From IMG/VR virus record IMGVR_UViG_3300008954_000001: a stretch of 64,000 bases of DNA; one strand, given 5' to 3'. The stretch comes from a virus. Its lineage: Duplodnaviria > Caudoviricetes. A program made the position numbers and the translations under genes. The notes beneath the pieces were generated by a model. The model had not been told where the DNA came from. It searched no databases and was given only the letters and a program-made list of their open reading frames with translations. Positions 47,021 to 56,162 of this stretch are shown in pieces. Every line of letters begins with the position of its first letter. The stretch's first letter is position 1.

Positions 47021-47524
47021 CTATTCGCCCCCGTGCATGTGAATGTCCAAGTTCTTGATCAAGAACATGCAATTAGGACATGCGTATAGGTGCTCACTGG
47101 CACCTTCCCTACGCTTATAGATTGCTTTCTTCAAGCCACCCTCTTTGCATCGAGGACACCCGTAAACGCCCGAATCACACTCACTTTTCGTAGCGTGATA
47201 CTGGCGATCTTTGGTTTTCCAATACAAAGCAACCCTCTCTGGAGAGGCTGCGGCTTTTTTGGCGGGAACAGTACCTGCTCCGCCAGGAACAGAGTTGGTC
47301 TTCGGAGGTGCGAGCCAGATATCAGGGTTAGTCCGTTGCAGATCCTCAACAGGATACCGTGTGGCACCCCACGCAGTCTGCACATCAGCCATACCAATAG
47401 CGGGGTAGAGAGCCACAATGGTCCCTACGACATCCAAGCCATGTCCGAAAGGGACTACATAATCCCCTACGGCAAACTCAGTAGCCCGCTCTTGATAATG
47501 GGTTTGTCCGCTGGCCTGCTTCAC
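47021..47524 (-). CDS. Hypothetical head-module protein (SH3-like N-terminus, C-terminal zinc ribbon)
   Basis: FAVGDYVV...GTIVALYP...; CPRC...CPNC. SD AGGAG. Confidence 0.75.
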   Translation of the reverse strand: MKQASGQTHYQERATEFAVGDYVVPFGHGLDVVGTIVALYPAIGMADVQTAWGATRYPVEDLQRTNPDIWLAPPKTNSVPGGAGTVPAKKAAASPERVALYWKTKDRQYHATKSECDSGVYGCPRCKEGGLKKAIYKRREGASEHLYACPNCMFLIKNLDIHMHGGE

Positions 47525-47532
47525 GGGAACTC

Positions 47533-48114
47533 CTAAAGGGCATAACCGTGAGCGAAAGAGGCTTCCTTGCCACCTTCATCAGCGTCCTCATCATCCCCAT
47601 CGTCGCCTTCGTCAGCGTCTTCGTCGCCTTCGTCAGCGTCTTCGTCGTCACCAGCCAATCGGAGGAGGCTATTAGCAAGGTTGACCAAAGTTGCCTTCTT
47701 GTCGGCATCTTCTTCTTCCTCGTCATCAGCGTCCTTCTCGTCCTCATCCTCATCGGATGCCTTCAAGAGTTCAGCGACTTTTGCGGCGATCTCCTTTAGG
47801 GCTGCTTTGCCAAGACCACCACTCTCGACCATATTTCCAAGCTCATAAAGCTCATCCTGATGGGTCTTAGTGGCCATATAAGGCTCATCCGACTCGTGCT
47901 GAGTATCCACTTCCTGATTGAATTCCTTCTGAATGGAGTCAGACTCCTCATTGGAACGCTTCTCAACGAAGTCGGAAAGCAGATCGCATCGGTATGCGAA
48001 GTCCTTCGCAACATTGGTTGGAATACCAAGTGCTTTGTGGTCTGCCTCAAAGAGTTGGGCCAGACGGTCCAGATCGGCGGTAATAGCTTGTGCGGCTTCT
48101 TTTGTTAGGGCCAT
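47533..48114 (-). CDS. Acidic head-module protein (second scaffold-like or internal protein)
   Basis: SD AGGAGG. DADEG repeats ending GGKEA, as in 44391..45602. Confidence 0.75.
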   Translation of the reverse strand: MALTKEAAQAITADLDRLAQLFEADHKALGIPTNVAKDFAYRCDLLSDFVEKRSNEESDSIQKEFNQEVDTQHESDEPYMATKTHQDELYELGNMVESGGLGKAALKEIAAKVAELLKASDEDEDEKDADDEEEEDADKKATLVNLANSLLRLAGDDEDADEGDEDADEGDDGDDEDADEGGKEASFAHGYAL

Positions 48115-48223
48115 GATGTATCCTCCTAAAAATTAGTTGTTCCCTAAAGGTCTACGCAGGAGAATACCCCTGCGAAAGATGGCTCACCTTTCACATGGGT
48201 AGCCCTCAATAAAAGGGCGGTGA

Positions 48224-48239
48224 TATAGGAAAGCCATTG
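48224..48239 (-). promoter_or_regulatory. Conserved intergenic motif copy (CAATG-gctt-TCCTAT-A)
   Basis: In the spacer upstream of the scaffold/protease unit, followed by a leader hairpin at 48155-48174. Confidence 0.45.
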
Positions 48240-48249
48240 AACCGAGACT

Positions 48250-51200
48250 TCATTTATTTTCTTTCCGCCTTCCCCCGAATGGAGGGGGCGGGGGCGGAAG
48301 CGTCTTTTGTGACAATGCTTCGGCGTTGCCTGTGTCGGCGTGTTCCCGAACTTTATCCGCCAAAAGAAATAGGTCATCTGACAATTTCTCTTGGTCTTGC
48401 TTTTTTTCAGCGAAAATCGAGAGGACGGTGGCGGAAATACTTTTCCGAAGTGTCCCCCCAATGTCCTCCGGTGGCTCTTCTTCGTTGAGCAAATTGTCGT
48501 GAGCCTCTTTAATCAGACCTTTACACGCCTCTAAGTATGCGAAATCGCCCCCATCTTCCTCTTGTAAGCCTATTTCAGCGAGCAGGGGGGAGTACACTGT
48601 GATGCTATCCAACGCCATTGCCATCGCCCAATCTCGTAACGTCCCTCTTTCTTCTGGGTCATGTCCCAAAGGAACTCGGCCCGCCATGATCCCGGACGGG
48701 GTGGCCGAATCGAAGAAATCTTGAAACTGCTCGTCTGGAACTTCTTCCATGACTGCAAAAAAGACCTCACGACTCTCTTGGGTATGCCACTCTTGTAATG
48801 GGGTACATAAGGCGGCGTGGCCGTCCTCTGTTTCTGCCATCTTCCGAACAAACCGTTTGGTTTCTTTACTCGGAGACACCCCACCGGGGGATTCATGTCC
48901 TTTAAGGATCGCCGCTAAATGGTGACCCTCAATTCTGGCTTCAATCTCAGCGACTCGCTTTGACCTCTCAGGTAAAGTATCGGCCTCTGCTTCTAACGCC
49001 ATTACAAGCACTTGGCGGTCGTCCCCAGAATACTTCCGAGAATCTTCTATGGTTGAGGAAACCTGAGCGAAGCGAGCATCTTTTGTGAGTTCTGACTTAT
49101 CTTTAGGGTCTGAAAGGTCTTTAGCTGGGTTAAAGTAGGTTTTCTTGGCATATTCCGCACGGGCAAGGGCCTCCCCTATAAAAGCTGCGGGGGAACCCTC
49201 ATCCTCAAAAAACCTCTCTGCCGCATACTCCCCACTCAAAGCTGCCCGTGCATCGATGAGCTTCATAGGGTTTTGCTTCAACCCTTCGGTTTCAGCTTCA
49301 AAAGCGGCCTCGAAAGCTCCAAAGTCAAACGCTTCCGACAAGATTGCGTTTTCCTCCAACGCCTCCACCAAGTCTGGTAGCAAAGCCTCTAATCGAGAAG
49401 CCAACTCTTCACGAGACGCTAATTCTTCCTCAACGTGTTGTTTGTTTTTGACCCTTTGGGTTTCAATGACCTGTTCAGGAAATGTTTGTAAGAGGTCTAA
49501 ACCCTCTTCGGTAGACGGGTCTAAAGACACCTCATCTTTTGTTCCGTCCACATGATCAACCGTGATTGTGTATTTCCCATCAACGGGACCGGACACAGAC
49601 ACATCTGGCCTTGGAAAGTCTGTTTCGGGGTCATCAAACGCCTCTAAATCCAAAAGCCCTTTAAGCCCTTCTGGGATCGACTCTTCCGAATCGACCTTAG
49701 CTACCTCTGGCCCGTCCCCGATTTCTTCTTCTCCACCCCCGCCTTCATCGTCATCTTCTCCGGGGTCTTCGGCCAACCATGCTTCGGCTTCTTCTCGTGT
49801 TGAAAAGTGTTCGGTCTTATCCCCTTTAGTGGCTTTGAAGCCTTCGTCATCCCCCAACTCTTCAATCCCGTCAGCAGTCAGCCACCGTTGAGCAATTCGC
49901 TTATAGTTCATGCTCAAATCGTCATCGCCTTCAGCCCCAAGATCCTCAACGTCCGAATCTTCCGCATCCACACGCTCTTTTCGTAAGTCTTTGCGTGGGG
50001 GCTTCTTCTTCGGAGAGGGTCGCACAAGGCGGCCCGCTTCTTCGTCTTCTTTCTCAGCGAGAGTTTTTGTCGCTACCCTATGAAAGCGAACGGCGTTGAC
50101 CGCAGCGGATTCGTTGGTGAAGCGTTTAGGGGTGTTTGAATCTCCGGGGGAAGCCCACCACTCCTTACCGATTTGCCAAACAAATCCTTGGGGGATCATT
50201 CCTCCAATGTCATGAGAGCCTTTCGTAACGTCAGCAACGCCCCAATCGTGGACAGCCTTCACCGTTGTCGCTCTCGACAAGAGGTTCATCAACCATCGTT
50301 TCAAACCACCCATTTTCAGTGTTTCTTCATGAGGACACGGATACGAGCGATCTACAACACGCTCTATATTAGCCTGTCGATAAACACCTAAAAGAGCAGT
50401 GGGGTCGAGTTCCTTCCGAATTGAGCGAAGGGCTTGCGCTATCCATTGGGGGTCGGACTCCTCCAACCATGCCCGCTGAAGCAATCGAATACGATCCGCC
50501 ATCTGCGATAAATCTGTTTGGTTTGTTTCCCAAACCTCGTTGATTTTATCGAGCGTAACGGCCTCTTCTAAAAAGCCTTCGATAGTCAAAAAATGCTTCG
50601 CTATACAATCTGGACAGCGTTTGCGGGGATGAAAGAGGTGATCCTCCAATAAAACGCATTGTTTGACCACTTCTCGAAGGTTGAACCACGGCGACATAAT
50701 CGGAAGCAAACTGGCTAACCGCAACTTGTCTACTGAACGGCGAATCTCACTTTTCAACTGATTTGGGGATTTCAAAAGCTCCGGGTTCTCTAAAAGAACC
50801 AAGCGAGAAAGCTCCTGTACTCTTGGGAAAAAAGACTTCAAATCCTTTTTCTCAATGCCCTTCTCTTTCGCCAACATTGGCATGAAGCTCTTATCTTTGA
50901 TGGCATTACCGGGATTCTTCAAAGCCGAAACAAGATGGTCTTGCTCCTCACGGGTCATCTCAAACGCAATATCAGCAACCCGCTTACGGCCCGCCGCATC
51001 AAGAAATCCGAGATCGTGGCGAACGGGCAGGCCGAGGTCGGTCAACGTAAAGAAAAACTGAACTGGCAATTTCGCAGCCCTCCCTTTCATGGTGGCGGCA
51101 AACATCTTGTCCTTTTGAAGCATCACCTTCAGCGGCTCAATCAACCCCAAACGGTCAAGTTGGGCCAATGTTTGTTTCCACGTATTCTCTTCCAATAGCT

Positions 51201-52026
51201 TGAATAACTCCTGGGCCACACGAGAGGGGCTTACTTTCAGGAGGGCCATCCGCTTACGGCGGATTGAAGCTACGGTATCTGGTGGTATCTTCAGGCCATA
51301 TTTGACCAAGAACTTGATTGCTCGAAGCATTCGAGTCGGGTCATCTTGAAAAGTCGTGTCAGGGTCAAGGGGGCAACGTGCTTCACCTGCCTTCAAATCC
51401 TCCAAGCCGCAACCCGTCATATCAATGATCTCGGCTTTATCTGGACCCTTCGCTAAATCCGATAGCCGCCACATCAACGTGTTGAAGGTGAAGTCCCTCC
51501 GCATGATATCTTCTTTGATCCCAGACCATTCAACAGAGGGTTTGTACCCCCCGCCGGAATCGTCCGAATAAGTCTCTGACCGAGCGTTAACGATCTCAAT
51601 GGCAGCATCGCCCTCGGCACTAAACTCACTGAGGTCCACACCGTCCACAACCCACGAACTTTTCACTACAATCTTGGCAACTCCGTAGTTGTCCGTGATC
51701 AACTCCGTAGAGGCTGGAATCATGCGCTCTAACCGCTTGGCGAGCCAAGCCGAGTCTTTACCCAAGTGTTTTGAGTCTATGACCATATCCACATCTTTAA
51801 TGGGTTGGTCGATTACGAAGTTTCGGACAGCCCCGCCCACCACATACACATGCTTTCCCACATCAGGACCAAGACGGCCCACAGCCTCTGCCATCCACCG
51901 CATTAGAGCGGTCGAGTGTTGGCTGGACACAGATTTCTTGTGGAAGGCTGAGACAACCCTTTGAACTGTGTCTTTATGTTGTGTGGTAAGGGTCACAAAA
52001 GCATCCTTCATCGGTCGGTAATACAC
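48250..52026 (-). CDS. Multidomain protein: N-terminal class II nucleotidyltransferase (CCA-adding enzyme) plus Cys/His domain plus long acidic region
   Basis: VYVVGGAVRN...KDVDMV, ARSETY...P.V, EDIMRRDFTFN, DDPTRMLRAIKF motifs in the first ~430 aa. About 820 aa of extra sequence follows. Confidence 0.88.
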   Translation of the reverse strand: MYYRPMKDAFVTLTTQHKDTVQRVVSAFHKKSVSSQHSTALMRWMAEAVGRLGPDVGKHVYVVGGAVRNFVIDQPIKDVDMVIDSKHLGKDSAWLAKRLERMIPASTELITDNYGVAKIVVKSSWVVDGVDLSEFSAEGDAAIEIVNARSETYSDDSGGGYKPSVEWSGIKEDIMRRDFTFNTLMWRLSDLAKGPDKAEIIDMTGCGLEDLKAGEARCPLDPDTTFQDDPTRMLRAIKFLVKYGLKIPPDTVASIRRKRMALLKVSPSRVAQELFKLLEENTWKQTLAQLDRLGLIEPLKVMLQKDKMFAATMKGRAAKLPVQFFFTLTDLGLPVRHDLGFLDAAGRKRVADIAFEMTREEQDHLVSALKNPGNAIKDKSFMPMLAKEKGIEKKDLKSFFPRVQELSRLVLLENPELLKSPNQLKSEIRRSVDKLRLASLLPIMSPWFNLREVVKQCVLLEDHLFHPRKRCPDCIAKHFLTIEGFLEEAVTLDKINEVWETNQTDLSQMADRIRLLQRAWLEESDPQWIAQALRSIRKELDPTALLGVYRQANIERVVDRSYPCPHEETLKMGGLKRWLMNLLSRATTVKAVHDWGVADVTKGSHDIGGMIPQGFVWQIGKEWWASPGDSNTPKRFTNESAAVNAVRFHRVATKTLAEKEDEEAGRLVRPSPKKKPPRKDLRKERVDAEDSDVEDLGAEGDDDLSMNYKRIAQRWLTADGIEELGDDEGFKATKGDKTEHFSTREEAEAWLAEDPGEDDDEGGGGEEEIGDGPEVAKVDSEESIPEGLKGLLDLEAFDDPETDFPRPDVSVSGPVDGKYTITVDHVDGTKDEVSLDPSTEEGLDLLQTFPEQVIETQRVKNKQHVEEELASREELASRLEALLPDLVEALEENAILSEAFDFGAFEAAFEAETEGLKQNPMKLIDARAALSGEYAAERFFEDEGSPAAFIGEALARAEYAKKTYFNPAKDLSDPKDKSELTKDARFAQVSSTIEDSRKYSGDDRQVLVMALEAEADTLPERSKRVAEIEARIEGHHLAAILKGHESPGGVSPSKETKRFVRKMAETEDGHAALCTPLQEWHTQESREVFFAVMEEVPDEQFQDFFDSATPSGIMAGRVPLGHDPEERGTLRDWAMAMALDSITVYSPLLAEIGLQEEDGGDFAYLEACKGLIKEAHDNLLNEEEPPEDIGGTLRKSISATVLSIFAEKKQDQEKLSDDLFLLADKVREHADTGNAEALSQKTLPPPPPPFGGRRKENK

Positions 52027-52041
52027 CTACCGTTGAAAGAT

Positions 52042-52057
52042 GATAGGCAGACTATGG
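52042..52057 (-). promoter_or_regulatory. Conserved intergenic motif copy (CCATA-gtct-GCCTAT-C)
   Basis: In the short spacer between portal and the CCA polyprotein. Confidence 0.5.
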
Positions 52058-52069
52058 AGGACACCTGTA

Positions 52070-53761
52070 TTAGAAGCGGCTACCGCCATCGTCCTTCTTC
52101 TCGTACTCCAAGCCCATGCTCTCAGCGACCTTCTGAGCCACATCAGAGCTTTCGGCCAAAGCCCGACCAACCTCACTGTACACTGACCGCATAACCTCAT
52201 TGAAAGAGGAGTCGTTCAAAGTGAATAGATCCCGTTGTAGTTTGAGCTTGGTTGTCTCTGGGTCGATATTTAGCAACTCCAAGATAATGTCGATATCGAG
52301 ACTTCCCTTTTGATAAAGGTTGAACAAGGCATCGAAAGTATCTGAGTTGTCCCGCAAGGCCAATCGAGTGAACGAGAGTTTAGGGTAAATCACATTCTCC
52401 AACCCGTCCTCATCCGTCTCAACGAACCCCATGCGAGCACACATCGGCTTGAAAACGTACTCTTCAATGAAATCTTGGAGGAGTTCCCGAAGCAACATAT
52501 AGCGAGTGTTGATCACCTCAAGGTTGATCCTATCCCCCGAATACGAAGACTCACCTGAAAGCAAAGACTCCGTTACCCCAAGGCCCGCATATAGCTGGCG
52601 GTCAGTCAGGTCATACTCAGTGGTCAAATCCAACAGGCGTTGATCCGCCCCCATTTCTTCCCAACGAATCTCGAAGTTGGCGATGATTGAGTAGTCGGGG
52701 TCTTGTAGAGATAGGTCCACCTGATCCCGTAACTCCTCAACATCCTGAATATCCATACCTTCGGCATAAATCACTCGAATGGGGGTCATGTGGCGGCTGG
52801 CGATAGAAGTCTGAGCCTGTCGGAGCTTGTCCCTAAACACCAATGTTCGGATACAGCGTTCGAGGATCGAGTGTCCACGGGCCTCGTATTGGCTCTTTTT
52901 GCGGGACATGTAGTAAACGAACGACCCCGCTTCGGGGTCTGTGTTCAAGGAAATGTTCTGGCCGCCTCGAATTGAATTGACCACATCGGAGGGCATCGAA
53001 TCCACAACACGCTTGGCGTTGGAGTCGCCCATATCCGCTTGGTTGATCAGATCCTTGGTCTTCGAGTCAGGGATAAGCTCAACAATCCTTTCATCCGTAA
53101 AAGGAAACGCTTCCATGTGGACTTGTTCGGGAGGCAATATACGAATGGCAGTCCAACCATTGTAGTTCTCCTTTAGCCAAGTAACGGCTCGATCATCTGC
53201 GTCTGGTCGCTCGTGCCATTGGACATCCACCTCTTGAGTCTCGTCATTCAAAACACGGACTTCTTCTTGTCGAATATCTTGGGGCATGTCCGGGGAGGTG
53301 TCTTCAACAAAGATAAACACCTCTCCAATCAAATGATAGTCATGGACAATCTCAATCAGCCGATGCAGCAGCCCCGTGCTCTTTGACCATTTCTGGCAAA
53401 AGGCCAACGCTTTCTCCGCTAATTGGTGATCTTCCGCTTTCGGGATATTCAACCGAAGTTTGCTCAGGGGAAGCTCTGTGTGTAGGTCAATCGCTTGACC
53501 TACAAAAGGGTCGGCCCGATAAAAGAAGCGATAGTAGTTACGCTGTTCATCAAGACTTTGAGGAAGCTCCAAGAAGTCTGTCGAAAGCTCAGGGCTATAA
53601 AAGTTGCCCCCCGCCCCAGTCATGCTTCCACCCACTTGTGGGAAAGAAGCCATCTTGATCCCGCCCGTTGCGATTTTTCTCGGCTTCCCTGTCGTGACTT
53701 TCGCACGATTTGGAACCTTGGCTACCTCTTTGCCTTCTTGTTCCTCGATCTTTCTACTCAT
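52070..53761 (-). CDS. Portal protein
   Basis: 563 aa downstream of TerL. Portal-like pattern (FFYRADPFVGQAIDLHTELP...DYHLIGEVFI...GHSILERCIR...YAGLGVTESLL...YMLLRELLQDFIEEYVFKP). Confidence 0.85.
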   Translation of the reverse strand: MSRKIEEQEGKEVAKVPNRAKVTTGKPRKIATGGIKMASFPQVGGSMTGAGGNFYSPELSTDFLELPQSLDEQRNYYRFFYRADPFVGQAIDLHTELPLSKLRLNIPKAEDHQLAEKALAFCQKWSKSTGLLHRLIEIVHDYHLIGEVFIFVEDTSPDMPQDIRQEEVRVLNDETQEVDVQWHERPDADDRAVTWLKENYNGWTAIRILPPEQVHMEAFPFTDERIVELIPDSKTKDLINQADMGDSNAKRVVDSMPSDVVNSIRGGQNISLNTDPEAGSFVYYMSRKKSQYEARGHSILERCIRTLVFRDKLRQAQTSIASRHMTPIRVIYAEGMDIQDVEELRDQVDLSLQDPDYSIIANFEIRWEEMGADQRLLDLTTEYDLTDRQLYAGLGVTESLLSGESSYSGDRINLEVINTRYMLLRELLQDFIEEYVFKPMCARMGFVETDEDGLENVIYPKLSFTRLALRDNSDTFDALFNLYQKGSLDIDIILELLNIDPETTKLKLQRDLFTLNDSSFNEVMRSVYSEVGRALAESSDVAQKVAESMGLEYEKKDDGGSRF

Positions 53762-54054
53762 GCTTCACGTCCCTTAGTGGCCCGATCAACAACCCTGTCT
53801 TGCAAGTCGGGATCGTCCAAATCATAATTAGGGGCCATTGGCCGAGCAGAGGACAGGGCATTTAACGCATTTTTAAGGTGGCGATGAATGTCTTTCAACC
53901 TACGCTTTTGTTGGCCCGAAGCCGTCTTTGACGCTTGGGAATATACTCCCAAGGCTTGACGAAGGGAATTCTCGGCACTGGCCATATGACCAAGTGCCTC
54001 TCGATCCACATCATTCTTTGCAAGTCTGGCTCGAAGTTTTCCCATGTTCCACAA
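53758..54054 (-). CDS. Hypothetical helical protein
   Basis: 98 aa with ATGA overlap to portal. Confidence 0.65.
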   Translation of the reverse strand: MWNMGKLRARLAKNDVDREALGHMASAENSLRQALGVYSQASKTASGQQKRRLKDIHRHLKNALNALSSARPMAPNYDLDDPDLQDRVVDRATKGREA

Positions 54055-54063
54055 TACCCTCGG

Positions 54064-54387
54064 CTACCCACGACCTTTTCGAGGTTCATCCGACTTAAAC
54101 CCTGACCGTGTAATATGCCCTGTCTTGTAAGCCGTTTTCACAACTTTCTTCAAGAGAGTAATATGGGGAACACTACCTGAAAAGAGCCTTCTCCAAGAAC
54201 CACCAGCCCGCTTAAACACCCGTATGATCTCATCATACTCGGCCCCAATATGCACGGCATCAGGACCATACTTATCGATGAAATCTTTGATAAGACGGTA
54301 ATCAGCCCGTACAGGATCAGTGGGGTCTTTGTTGGGCATCTTATCTCCTCTTCTTCCCAGGCACTTGCCGAGACTCGTGTGAGCCAC
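54064..54387 (-). CDS. Hypothetical protein
   Basis: Operon-packed ORF. Probable start MPNKD at about 54339 after GGAG. Confidence 0.65.
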   Translation of the reverse strand: MAHTSLGKCLGRRGDKMPNKDPTDPVRADYRLIKDFIDKYGPDAVHIGAEYDEIIRVFKRAGGSWRRLFSGSVPHITLLKKVVKTAYKTGHITRSGFKSDEPRKGRG

Positions 54388-56161
54388 CTCGCATAGCCTT
54401 GAGTCGGGCCTTCCTTCTGTGCCTTGTTATAGAAGCCTCATTGTTGTTAACGCCCCCTCGATGGCCCACCATGTACTTCTGGTTCCCCAAATGCTGTGAG
54501 GCAAGCCAGATCATTCGGCAAAGAGCATCCGCCATATCATCGTGTTTCCCTTCTGTATTGGGGGCCTCCACCGTAGTCACAAACTTTGAGTGGTAGTGGG
54601 CTTGAAGCTCTAAAAGCTCCTTTATGTATGCACAGTGCTGTTCGCCTTCGGGGATCGGGTGGTCGTATAGCTCCAACCTTTTATCGAAAAGCATATCTTT
54701 GAAGTTCTTGAACATTTCACTGGTTTTAGGTTTCGTCATCGCCTCGGAACGGAGCTTCCTCAAACCTCGCTTGATAAGGGCCTGCTCCAAAGGAATCCCC
54801 GCCCATTGATCAAAAAGACCCTCCGAGAAGTAAAACTTCTTACTCAACGCAAGAATCCAATCGGCCACGTCATCGAACTCAAGACGATCTTTATCGGCGT
54901 ACTGCCCCTCACCCGCTTTAATGCTGTCCACCAAATCCACCACAATCTTATTGTTTGTGTCTATGTGTCCAATAGCAATAGCGGTGCCGTCACCTACAAG
55001 GCCAAGGTCGATCCCGACAAAATGGGGGGCCTTTGATTTGGCCCCTGTGCGAGCTTTACGGTCTGGGATCACGCAATCCATAAGATCAGACTCCCGCTCA
55101 ATCCAACCTTTTGTTCGGTCAGTGAAAACACCGCCGTACTCCGTAAAGAATACGTTCGGGTCTTTGATGTAGTGCTTTTCAAACTCTGTGGCGGGAACCG
55201 TTGGGTTCACTTCCCATGTAGGGGCCTGAACACACAGCATGTTTTCCGCAGCCTTCCCACCCCTCATTCCAATTTGGAACAGTTTGTAGAACTGGCCTTG
55301 GCGACCTAAAGGGGAGGAAATCAAAATGATACGGCCCTCTACAGGGCCGATTGGAATCCGAGAATCGGTCGGGTCTTTGGGCGAGAACGCTGAAGTAGAG
55401 GGTGTTACGGCGTTATAGACCGCTTCGGCCCCGGACTGCCCCTTGTCTGTGAAGTGGGCAACCTCATCAAGAATCACCACCAAGTTACCTGCACCACGCA
55501 AACCTTTGGCTACGCAGGAGCGAAAAGTTACCTTAAGGGTAGCTTTTGCATTGGGGTCATCCGCATAAGTCCCATACCTCTTGATATCGTCTGGAGTCTG
55601 AAACCTCGCATAAGACATCGTATTGTTTGCCGTATAGGGATGGAAAAACGCCGTGTTGCGAAAATGGCCTGACACCTCTTGATATAAAAGGCCCGCCTGA
55701 TCCTTATCTGTAGCAACCGAAATGATCTGAATGTTATTAGATGCGGGCAATCCGTAATACTGTTGAGGGTTCTCTTTCTTAATCAGCCTGTATGTCTCAT
55801 AAGCAGCAATACAGGATGAGAGAAGGGTCTTTCCAGAACGGCGACCAATACTCAGGATCATCTCTCGTCGCTCATGCCCCGGCACCACCTCCCGAATGTT
55901 GCATCGGCCCTCATCATACAACCACTCAAGATATGTTTTCTCGGTGTAGTCCTTGAAGTCTTCTCTGCGCCAATCGGAAATCTTGAATGTGGTTGTATCG
56001 TCCAATTCAAGCCCATAGTGGATCTTGAGAATGATCCGCTGAATGGGAAACAGCTTCATTTTCAAGCCCCAAGAGGACTCTACAAACTCAATGATGTTTG
56101 CGTCTTTCTGTAAAGAAGCGTCTACTTTTCCAGCAGATTTAGCGATATCTGAAAGGGCCAC
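54341..56161 (-). CDS. terL: Terminase large subunit
   Basis: Walker A GRRSGKT, Walker B VVILDEVAH, coupling motif ILISSP, RNase H-like VGIDLG...D, C-terminal HDDMADAL. Confidence 0.95.
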   Translation of the reverse strand: MALSDIAKSAGKVDASLQKDANIIEFVESSWGLKMKLFPIQRIILKIHYGLELDDTTTFKISDWRREDFKDYTEKTYLEWLYDEGRCNIREVVPGHERREMILSIGRRSGKTLLSSCIAAYETYRLIKKENPQQYYGLPASNNIQIISVATDKDQAGLLYQEVSGHFRNTAFFHPYTANNTMSYARFQTPDDIKRYGTYADDPNAKATLKVTFRSCVAKGLRGAGNLVVILDEVAHFTDKGQSGAEAVYNAVTPSTSAFSPKDPTDSRIPIGPVEGRIILISSPLGRQGQFYKLFQIGMRGGKAAENMLCVQAPTWEVNPTVPATEFEKHYIKDPNVFFTEYGGVFTDRTKGWIERESDLMDCVIPDRKARTGAKSKAPHFVGIDLGLVGDGTAIAIGHIDTNNKIVVDLVDSIKAGEGQYADKDRLEFDDVADWILALSKKFYFSEGLFDQWAGIPLEQALIKRGLRKLRSEAMTKPKTSEMFKNFKDMLFDKRLELYDHPIPEGEQHCAYIKELLELQAHYHSKFVTTVEAPNTEGKHDDMADALCRMIWLASQHLGNQKYMVGHRGGVNNNEASITRHRRKARLKAMRGGSHESRQVPGKKRR

Positions 56162-56162
56162 C

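Noticed and set aside
54341-56161. Intein or intron in TerL, portal or MCP
   Set aside because: Sizes are ordinary, the motifs are contiguous, and no intein splice motifs or LAGLIDADG/HNH inserts were seen.
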